From Penicillus capitatus (taxonomy: Eukaryota; Plantae; Chlorophyta), in assembly GCA_965649825.1 (NCBI GenBank), contig OZ287717.1, forward strand, positions 1 to 64,000: a DNA stretch of 64,000 bases, read 5' to 3'. Below, piece by piece: positions 51,363 through 61,900 of the stretch. Made by a program: the position numbers and the translations under genes. The notes below the pieces were generated by a model. It worked only from the letters and a program-made list of their open reading frames with translations. It did no database searches and had not been told where the DNA came from. The first letter of the stretch is position 1; each line of letters starts with the position of its first letter.

Positions 51363-52200
51363 CTACTCATCTCTTTCCTTATCCGCCTCTCCTTTGAATG
51401 TTGAAAGGTTGGATGTGTCCTTGGAACGATTCCTGTTTGTAATGTTGGAAATTCGAACTCTGTCCATGTTGAGATTGCTGATTCTCGGATGGAGTGGAAC
51501 GAACTAAGAGACACAATGGAGTGTCTTTGAATGGCACTTCGCTCCGTAGAAAGGTGTCGGAAGAGAAACAACCAGGAGATACGTCCGCGAACGTTCTCTG
51601 AGTAAAAGCGATTGCTGTGCTGCTGACTGTCTAACTGCACAAAGTACTGACAACCAGTAAGTGGTAAGTCATATCTGCGTGCTTCGTGTTCCAATCGATG
51701 ATGTTGGAATCGTGCTGAATCCCTTGATCGTAACGCCTCTACTGAGCTTTGGAATAAGGACAAATGCATCCATTTGAGTCATAACGACATAAACACATGC
51801 ATGTCTTTAACTGGTTTCGATGCACATGATGTCATTCATCTGTTTACTCAATCAGGCGTTCTAAAGAGGATGGAAATGATCCGTTCCACGGAACTTTTGA
51901 GATGTACAATGTCATGGACGAGATTCCAATTTACTTGTTGATGTCGACCTTCACAGCGGGAAGATGATCATCGTCGTTCATTGACTGCCATTCCAGTACA
52001 TAGCAGTAGGCAGTTTCTTGTGGTGCTCACAGAGTGAACGATTCCCAGTTCATCGAATGAAACACAGTCAAAAACTATGCGTGTGATGTACTCAGAAGCA
52101 AGATTAGACATCATGGGTAGAATGCAGCACTGGATATAACACATGTGCACAGATCCTTGAAGCAATTGCGATTTTTTGATTGCTCATTGCTTATTACGAG
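51363..52200 (-). CDS. Possible divergent GCN5-like acetyltransferase (fragmentary)
   Basis: SEYITRIVFD resembles GCN5 PKEYITRLVFD; weaker echoes in ETAYC, KGFS and PLHPRI. The exon chain could not be resolved. Confidence 0.3.
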
Positions 52201-52621
52201 AGATGGGTGGAGTAAGCGAGCGACACATTCCACCCAATCTACGGAGCATGGCATGAAGTGCATGTCCTTGGGCACATACAGAAGTGACTTTTCACATCCC
52301 CTTTGTGTAATCATTCAGCCGATATCTAAACATCCTGGCAATGTCATGCTGATCGTCAACTGTGTTAGACCCAAACAGAAAATAAAACTGTTAAGAGATG
52401 ATGGTGAATCCTGGTGCATTTGATTGGTAGTGCAACACCGCGATTTGTTTGATGTCTTAAATCTCTCTGTATGCACACTCCTGTAGCAGACTGTTTTATG
52501 TGCGATAGAAACAGCCGCATCTAAGAAAATGACCTTATTGCAATTTTCAGGCAGGAATCACAACGTGAGTCGGGTAAATCGAAAATGATGTGTTTATTCC
52601 ACTTTGACGGTTAGGAGGGTT

Positions 52622-52634
52622 AAATTGCGGCGCC
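52622..52634 (+). promoter_or_regulatory. Conserved upstream motif AAATTGCGGCGCC of paralog B
   Basis: Same 13-mer at the same relative position as in paralog A. Confidence 0.5.
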
Positions 52635-52687
52635 CGCCTTGAATTCCGCCCATCTTTGTTTTCTCTTTCGCGTTGGTCGGAACAAAA

Positions 52688-54274
52688 ATGAAACTCGTTG
52701 CGGTCCTTCTTATCACAGTAAGTCTCCGAGAAGCATTCGTGGTTCCTTTCTATGTAACATTCGCCTTATTATGAGAGTTTGTTTAGTGTTGCCTCACCGG
52801 AGGTTACTGTAAGACCGCCGAATTCCACACACAGAGACAGTTGTTGAAGAGAGCAAAGGCATCAACAAGCACGAGTGCCAAAAGTAGCAGTTCGGAAGGT
52901 CGAGCTTCAACCGCCGCTTCAGCAAAGTCGACTGGGGGAGAAGCGGAAGCTGTGGCCACGGCAACATCGGAGGTCACGTGTTTGTGCAAAAGATGCCTCG
53001 GACGAATCTCTCGAGTCTTTTAGGCATTCACAAAAGTCAGTAACGAACTCGTGGACTACTTCGAATACGCCTTCAACAACTTGGATGAAGACCAAGGAGA
53101 CCAAACCACAGACGAGTATTGCACAAACGCCATGTCCATTCTGGAAAAGGAGCTCGAAGCAGCCGGAGAGGTCACAGCATCTGCTTATTCTGAGGCCATC
53201 GCCACCGTCGAAGTCTCAGGTATGCATCATAAAGACCAGATATGAACTTGGTGATTAAGACAGACATTTGACAGGGGAAGGAGAGGCGTGTGCCTCTGGA
53301 GATGCTTCTGCTGAAAGCCAGGCGTCTGGTTACGCAAAGGTCGTCGCTGAAGCCATAGCAGAAGCGTCCAACAAGGTTACGAAAGCTGAAGCTGAGGCGG
53401 CGGTAGAAGCAGTTGTCGAAGTCATCGCCGCAGTAAGAAAACTGCTAGTCATGCATACATTACTGAGGCTTAATGATCCCTGACCTAATATTCGACAATG
53501 TTTCGTCAATCATCAAAATCGAGATCGTGTGAATGACTGTAGGCATTTACAACTGCATTTGCAGCGGCATGTTTGTCAGGGGAGGGATCAGCTTTGGCCA
53601 TGCAGACTTCGCTTGCTCAAGCAATCAGCAGACCTCTTGCATCTGCCACTGTTTTGGTCATTGCTGAAGTCGACTGTTCCAAAAGTCCATCCATCACACA
53701 TTCTTCGTGAAATCTTGCTGATTTTGTGTCCTACAGCTGCTGGGTTTTCTGAAGTGGATGCAGCAGCCGAAGGCAGTGCTGATGAAACCATAGTTGCGGA
53801 GTCGGAAGGCACAACCGAGATCACAGGTAATAACAGAACGTCGTGGGACGAACGGCACTTGGAGATCACACGGTTCCTGTTGCATCGATGTTTTTTTGTT
53901 ACAGGTAAGGGCTCAGCAGAATCCGGGGGAGAGGCTGAAGCCTTTACTGCAACACTTGAACGCTGTTCTGGCAAATATTATCTGTGCTGTCGAGAGCGAA
54001 ACGATACTTGCACGTGCAGTTTGACAAGGTAAGCTGTATAGACTGTCAGCTGAGAGGGTCCTGTTGAGATGTTGCTGACCAACTGTCTTGCTCTCTCTAA
54101 CGACAGGCTATCTCCAACATCCAGATAACTGTGTTCTTCTTTAGCCGTTCCAAGAGATGCGATGCGGTGAGAGTGAAGTACGACGAAGGCGAGTACTGGA
54201 GTGATGATCACAACGAAGTCTATTGCAAATGCCCCACAAGACGTGCACACACAACGCATCTCCCGGTTGTTTAA
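52688..54274 (+). CDS. Ala/Glu/Ser/Thr-rich secreted protein with C-terminal 8-Cys module, paralog B
   Basis: Signal peptide MKLVAVLLIT|CCLTGG; RQLLKR; AFTKVSNELVDYFEYAF shared with A; last exon SKRCDAVRVKYDEGEYWSD..YCKCP. Confidence 0.75.
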
Positions 54275-54847
54275 TCATGTGAACATTTTTGAATCAGATG
54301 AATTCAAAACCCACACACACTTTGGCGGACCAGGACGGTTCGTTCTCTAGTCGTTGCCATGTCTTTCTTGTTTGTGACGTTGTTGATGTTTCTAAAGCAA
54401 GCCGTTTGGCACTAAAAACCTAATGACAACTTGCAATGTTCATTTTAAGAGTGTCTGTTAGAATCGTGTGTTTACAACAATCGCCCTTCATCAAAGCTCG
54501 GCGGAATGATGCGACTTTTAAACGGCTACCACATACACAACGTTTCGCCTTGTCAGCTGGAAATCGTGACGTCAGCTTGAAAAAGGACAAAGGACGTGAA
54601 TTCCATGAGGAAGTCTTGGCACTGTGAGATCAAAATAACTTCCAACACGCCGCCTCACTCTGGTTATTCGCAACGCAGCCATTGTGTATAATGAGCCATG
54701 GCTGAGCGACATTTATCGCAGATGTTTCAACCAGACGTACAATACATTTCTGCAGCCAGACTGTATCTGCGAATTTGATTACCTCCATCGTCGAACACTC
54801 ACGTTTCCTCCTCGGCTGTTCTCTCCGAAGAGACGTTCGAATAGAAA

Positions 54848-56552
54848 TGAACGCGGAAAGCGCTCCTATTGACACCGAAACGCAAGTGGGGGCAATGCAG
54901 ATGTTGGAATAGCCGTTCTAGTTTTCTTTGCGAAAAGGGAGCTTGGCTGAAACAAGTGTCCGAAGCGGTCGAAAAGAAATCCTTCGTCAAGAGGAACGCA
55001 ACCAAACAATCCTTCAAAGTTTATGATGTGGCAGAGACAGCACCGAGGGAATACATCTGTCCCATTTCGCTGGAGCTGATGAGAGATCCTGTGCTTCTGG
55101 TCGAGACTGGACAGGTTTACGACCGTTCCTCCATAGAAGGCTGGTTTAAAGCAGGGAAAAGCAGCTGTCCGGTTTCCGGGGCAAAAGTGAAACAAATGCG
55201 ACTGAGCTCAATTTTTCCTCTACGTTCTGCTATACAAACTTATGCAAAAGAACATCAAATTGATCTGGATTATGCAGAGAGTGCATCTGAGATGGATGAG
55301 TCTCCGACAGCTGAACCTACCTTGTCTGGGAGGTTATTTGACGGGATATCTGTGTATGATATCCGCGGATTATGTCAGATGATGGACGACTCAGACTCCG
55401 GACAGAAGGCAACTGCTCTGAAATTGCTTGCTGACATGTCACGGTACAGTCGGTGTATTTGATGATCACATTGTATTGTTACGTGCATGTCGATTTGCTC
55501 TCAGATTCGGTGATACCTGTCAAAGGATGAAGATCAATCGAATCTTGGCCAAAGACAGACTCATTTCTATCTTTCAGGATTCCGAGACGGAGATGATAAA
55601 AATCCACTCCGCAAGATTGCTTCTTCACTTACCTGGTCACTACTTTGACTTGAAACAGCAGCTGAAGCTTCTAACATATAACGACTTGGTATTACGGGAG
55701 GAAGTCCTTGTGCGGTTGTGGAAACATGCTTACCGACATCGATCCAGAATGTTTGAACTTGCAACGTTCATGGAGAAGAACGGAGCTGAGGAGATCATTT
55801 CGATCTGCCGAAGACTTGCAGATCCCACTGGGAACACAGAGATTCCAGATGAAGTCTGTCAATGCACAGATGACGGTACCTTACTTAGCACTTGGGTCGT
55901 TCTGTTGTGCAGATTAGGATGTACGCGACATTTGTTCTCGCATGTGCTGCCTTCAAGAGATCGACTAGAAACACAGCAATTGACCAAGAAACCATACCAT
56001 TGTTGGTGAATCTTCTGCATTCAACGTCGAATCTTGGCTTCAGATTTTGTCTCATGAAAGCACTGCAATACTTGTCTGAAGATAGCGAGGGACGAAACCA
56101 AGTTATTCGTGCGGGTGAGTGTCAAATGTCGCATGATGTATTTCTTGCAAGAGTGCTGATTGCGCGTTATCAGGTGGCGTTCGCATCTTTGTCACACATC
56201 TGCCTCCAAGAAACAAGAATATTCACTACTCCACGCGAATCTACCTGGATTGGTTCGCATGGGTGACAGTGGCCGAGACAGCAGTGAAGGCACTCTACTA
56301 TCTAGCCTTCGAGAGTCAAGGTCGGGCAGAAATGCGGACGACCGCGACGATGAAAGCCCTTCGCTTAATGGTCAATCACAGCTCATTTCCAGACACTTGC
56401 CGCTCGAGGTAAGAACTCTCAGTGACCTCCTACCCATTCCATGACCTCTTCACTGTTGGGCCCTGAACTTCTGCTATGCCTAATCGAGAATTGTGTTATT
56501 CAGGTATCTGATGCCGTTGCTCAGCAGGCTCTCGGCGCACGCATCATCGTAA
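54848..56552 (+). CDS. U-box E3 ubiquitin ligase with ARM-like repeats (PUB-type)
   Basis: U-box PREYICPISLELMRDPVLLVETGQVYDRSSIEGWF..G..SCPVSG; helical repeats (IPLLVNLL, VIRAG|GVRIFV). Start approximate. Confidence 0.85.
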
Positions 56553-57610
56553 TTGTAAAAATCAACATTGATGTTGTCATGTTGACGAGTTTGATTGTAC
56601 AATGTTGCTGTTTATCACAGCCTTGATTCCTACAGTATTGGTGGCTGGATTGTCCGTCTGCAACTCGAATTAGTGCTTGCGCCCGAGACCAGTTCCTGAC
56701 ATAGTCGGTTCTTCGTCCAGTTCGGGTCGCGTGGGGGGAGCTTGGTATCGCTGCGTCAAACACGCATTTCCGTACGATGGTCGATAACGAGGGAAGTCGG
56801 TGTTTCTTTTCTCTTAGCAATTCCCAGAAATCGGCGGTCGGCGCTGCGCTGGAGTACAGGAGTTGCTCGAAGGCCGCGTCGTCGAATGTTTCTCCCGGTT
56901 CGGGTGGGAGCTGCGTAGGTTCGCCGGATGGGTTGGCTCCATACAATGACTCGGGTTCCATAAGGAAGAATCAATTCCACATGTATCCTATACAGACTTA
57001 AAGGGTTTCAGTCATCTGTGGATCATCTACGTCTTCCATGAGAATACAAATTTGCACAAACGGCTTGGAGGGAAGGGATTCAAAGCAAAGATTCGAATGT
57101 CCCAATAAACGGAAGGGGAAATAGCAATTAGCATATTCGCTACAAGGACACCTCGCCGTTTCAACATATTGGCCTGAGCATAGCCAGAATTCTTCATATA
57201 AGTGTTTTCTACAATGAAGAGAAGAAATCTAAGCTGACTTACCTTTCTCGTGATAGACTGGAGTCGGATGCGTTTACTTTGCCGAGATTGAGATGACTGA
57301 TTGTCAGAGGAAAGCTTTGCGTTCTTACAGAGCTAAAGGTAAACATGCGTTCGCATCCATGTTTTCATATGCTACAGGTGACATGACACGCCATGTAAGC
57401 GCCCCTTCGGAGATGGAACCCTTGGATTCCAAGACAGTCACGATGTGACAGTCTTGTCATTCCGACACTGATGATACTCCAATTTTGGTCATCAATCCCT
57501 AAATTCCAAGCTACGATTCGGTGTTAAATGCCCAACTACCAGACAGGTCCGCTCAAGAAGAAGCCTCAAAACAAGCTACTGCACCTCGAAAGTCGCCGTT
57601 CGTCCTCCCC

Positions 57611-58338
57611 GGAGAGAAGACATGCATCATGATATTATGCGAAATCTCACACGACATACAGCAGGGGAAGGTGTTATGCGACTGCGTTGCAGCAAAGGCA
57701 TAGATCTGTTCACTCTTTGTTGCGCATTAAGCAATGACTTAGGACTGAACATCACCTCTTTCTGCGGACACTTCTTCGTCCGTTCTTCGGATCTGCTGTC
57801 TTTGCCGATGTGCGATCCAGACAAGGCATTTTCTGTTGCGATAAAGCACGACGAGATGGTTTTGGACGGCAACGTAGCCGGTCTGCAGTGTGCCTTGCGC
57901 GATACATCTTCCTCGGGCGAACGGCTCATCAGGTTTGCACCTCCATACGATGCATCACCCAGAGACAGATTTTCTTACAGGGTTCACACTCTGCAATCTC
58001 CTGTAAAGCATGATCTCCCAGATCTATATCGCGGAGCTGATGCTGCTGCAATCATCTCGTTGATGTCAAACTTCGAGGTAGATAGGTCATACAGTTCGAG
58101 AATCTGCTCTGCACAAAAATCGATTGAGGGAAGTCTGATTGCCGGATTGTGTGAATACACGCACTCGACCCATTCTCGCCTTCTCCTTGTACAAGAGCTC
58201 TATCAATCGGTCGTAATCTGCGAATTCGGCGTCGACTCGTCGAAAGCCGTACGAAATGTCGAGCACGGGTCATGGGCAGCAACCGTCATCATTCAGACGG
58301 CTAGATGTACCTCTCCACGTCCGCCAAGGTTCTTTTGA
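57611..58338 (+). pseudogene. Partial SEC24 (COPII) gene fragment, retaining introns
   Basis: HDIMRNLTRHTAGEGVMRLRCSKG|LNITSFCGHFFVRSSDLLSLP..DKAF..LQCAL..TSSSGERLIR|VHT..LYRGAD matches the Sec24 beta-sandwich/helical region. The upstream GEK is out of frame, and the zinc-finger, trunk and gelsolin regions are absent. Confidence 0.75.
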
Positions 58339-58984
58339 GATTGAGCGCATTAAATTAAATTGTTCTTCGTCTTGGAGACTGCGTTCGTCTGTTTGGAAAT
58401 TGCGTTCATCGTTTACGTACGATGTTGTGGTCGTTTGGCAGAGGTCGCGCAATGGGTGGAGAATACGAAATTCAACAAACGGTTGCGGCTTCAGCTTGAA
58501 AGTAAGCGTACGAACGCAACTCTTTTCTGTCGTGACGGTGGCGTGTAGAAGCAGAAGAAGACAGCGAAAGCCACGGAGAGTGGTTTTATGGAATCGTCAG
58601 TGATGGCGTCCATAAAATCCCGGCATTCCTGAGGGGTATGGCCACGAATGAGGTGATGCAGTCGGGGTCGAACTTCTCTGATTTGCTCGGCATAGTGGTC
58701 GAGGTCACCGACTGCAGCATCTCCAACGCCGATTGCCAGAAGTGTGCATCTGACTCAAAAAAAACGGCGTTAGTCTCTTCTTCCTAGGGTACTTGTCATT
58801 GATGTCTGCCGTGTCCTTCGCAACCGTGCGACAGTCGGAAGTCCGATGTTCTCCGACACGGAGTACATCGGCGATCATGACATCTGTGAACGTCGACCTG
58901 TCAGCTGAGTCCGGGCCGGATGGCGAATCGCCCGTCCGAACACCTCGGCGTCTTGGTTCGCCTAAGTGCTGGAGCCCAGCGTCA

Positions 58985-61900
58985 CATCAGGTGTAACGCG
59001 TGCTCTCAGTGACTCGCTGAAGTGCACGATGCTGCCGGCGACACGGTCGAGCGAGGGTGGGGATGGGTCAGCGGGGACGAGTGGATGCTAACGGACCCTT
59101 GGTTGGAGCCCGACGGCGGCGTTCTCGGGCTGTGGCGCGACCTTTCCGGATTCGACATTTCGGCACACTACGGCCGACGGAGGGCCCACCGTCGGCAGAC
59201 TACAACGCAGACGGGTGCGGGACGTCTCGGGACACACCGCGGATGCCGATCGGTGCAAGCTCGTTTGGCTTTGGGCGGTGTCGTACTTGGTTGAAATCGA
59301 GGCCGTTACGTCGCATCAGGTGTAACCTGGCCTGTCAGTACGATCTGGAAGTGCACGATGACGCCGGCGACACGGTCGAGCGAGGGTGGGAATGTGTCGG
59401 CGGGGTCGAGTGGATGCCGACGGACCCTTGGTTGGAGCCCGACGGCGGCGTTCTCGGGCTGTGGCGCGGCCTTTCCGGATTCGACATTTCGGCACACTGC
59501 GGCCGACGGAGGGCCCACCGTCGGCAATCTTCGACGCAGACGGGTGCGGGACGTCTCGGGACACGTCGCGGATGCCAATCGGTGCAAGCTCGTTTGGCTT
59601 TGGGCGGTGTCGTACTTGGTTGAAATCGTGGCGGTTACGTCGCATCAGGTGTAACCTGGCCTGTCAGTACGATCTGGAAGTGCACGATGACGCCGGCGAC
59701 ACGGTCCAGCGAGGGTGGGAATGTGTCGGCGGGGTCGAGTGGATGCCGACGGACCCTTGGTTGGAGCCCGACGGCGGCGTTCTCGGGCTGTGGCGCGACC
59801 TTTCCGGATTCGGCATTTCGGCACACTACGGCCGACGGAGGGCCCACCGTCGGCAGACTACAACGCAGACGGGTGCGGGACGCCTCGGGACACACCGCGG
59901 ATGCCGATCACCGGAGGTTCGTTTTGCTTTGGGCGGTGTCGTACGGAGTTGAAATCGAGGCCGTTACGTCGCATCAGGTGTAACCTGGCCTGTCAGTACG
60001 ATCTGGAAGTGCACGATGACGCCGGCGACACGGTCGAGCGAGGGTGGGAATGTGTCGGCGGGGTCGAGTGGATGCCGACGGACCCTTGGTTGGAGCCCGA
60101 CGGAGGCGTGCTCGGGCTGTGTCGCGGCCTTTCCGGATTCGACATTTCGGCAGATTGCGGCCGACGGAGGGCCCACCGTCGGCAATCTTCGACGCAGACG
60201 GGTGCGGGACGTCTCGGGACACGTCGCGGATGCCAATCGGTGCAAGCTCGTTTGGCTTTGGGCGGTGTCGTACTTGGTTGAAATCGTGGCGGTTACGTCG
60301 CATCAGGTGTAACCTGGCCTGTCAGTACGATCTGGAAGTGCACGATGACGCCGGCGACACGGTCCAGCGAGGGTGGGAATGTGTCGGAGGGGTCGAGTGG
60401 ATGCCGACGGACCCTTGGTTGGAGCCCGACGGCGGCGTTCTCGGGCTGTGGCGCGGCCTTTCCGGATTCGACATTTCGGCACACTGCGGCCGACGGAGGG
60501 CCCACCGTCGGCAATCTTCGACGCAGACGGGTGCGGGACGCCTCGGGACACACCGCGGATGCCGATCGGTGCAAGCTCGTTTGGCTTTGGGCGGTGTCGT
60601 ACGGAGTTGAAATCGAGGCCGTTACGTCGCATCAGGTGTAACCTGGCCTGTCAGTACGATCTGGAAGTGCACGATGACGCCGGCGACACGGTCGAGCGAG
60701 GGTGGGAATGTGTCGGCGGGGTCGAGTGGATGCCGACGGACCCTTGGTTGGAGCCCGACGGAGGCGTGCTCGGGCTGTGGCGCGGCCTTTCCGGATTCGA
60801 CATTTCGGCACACTGCGGCCGACGGAGGGCCCACCGTCGGCAATCTTCGACGCAGACGGGTGCGGGACGTCTCGGGACACACCGCGGATGCCGATCGGTG
60901 CAAGCTCGTTTGGCTTTGGGCGGTGTCGTACGGAGTTGAAATCGAGGCCGTTACGTCGCATCAGGTGTAACCTGGCCTGTCAGTACGATCTGGAAGTGCA
61001 CGATGACGCCGGCGACACGGTCGAGCGAGGGTGGGAATGTGTCGGCGGGGTCGAGTGGATGCCGACGGACCCTTGGTTGGAGCCCGACGGAGGCGTGCTC
61101 GGGCTGTGGCGCGGCCTTTCCGGATTCGACATTTCGGCACACTGCGGCCGACGGAGGGCCCACCGTCGGCAATCTTCGACGCAGACGGGTGCGGGACGTC
61201 TCGGGACACGTCGCGGATGCCGATCGGTGCAAGCTCGTTTGGCTTTGGGCGGTGTCGTACTTGGTTGAAATCGTGGCCGTTACGTCGCATCAGGTGTAAC
61301 CTGGCCTGTCAGTACGATCTGGAAGTGCACGATGACGCCGGCGACACGGTCGAGCGAGGGTGGGAATGTGTCGGCGGGGTCGAGTGGATGCCGACGGACC
61401 CTTGGTTGGAGCCCGACGGCGGCGTTCTCGGGCTGTGGCGCGGCCTTTCCGGATTCGACATTTCGGCACACTGCGGCCGACGGAGGGCCCACCGTCGGCA
61501 GACTACAACGCAGACGGGTGCGGGACGCCTCGGGACACACCGCGGATGCCGATCGGTGCAAGCTCGTTTGGCTTTGGGCGGTGTCGTACTTGGTTGAAAT
61601 CGAGGCCGTTACGTCGCATCAGGTGTAACCTGGCCTGTCAGTACGATCTGGAAGTGCACGATGACGCCGGCGACACGGTCCAGCGAGGGTGGGAATGTGT
61701 CGGAGGGGTCGAGTGGATGCCGACGGACCCTTGGTTGGAGCCCGACGGCGGCGTTCTCGGGCTGTGGCGCGGCCTTTCCGGATTCGACATTTCGGCACAC
61801 TGCGGCCGACGGAGGGCCCACCGTCGGCAGACTACAACGCAGACGGGTGCGGGACGCCTCGGGACACACCGCGGATGCCGATCGGTGCAAGCTCGTTTGG

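Noticed and set aside
56521-56961. hAT transposase dimerisation-domain remnant (FWELLREKKHRLPSLSTIVRK..IPSS)
   Set aside because: Resemblance is limited to a few residues, the ERxFS motif is missing, and no TIRs or catalytic region were found; a profile search would be needed.
59290-59345. Repeated 45-nt mini-exon on the minus strand (actgacag|GCC...CAA|gtacga)
   Set aside because: Splice-like signals exist, but variants are non-synonymous and no flanking host exons were found; not supportable without RNA data.
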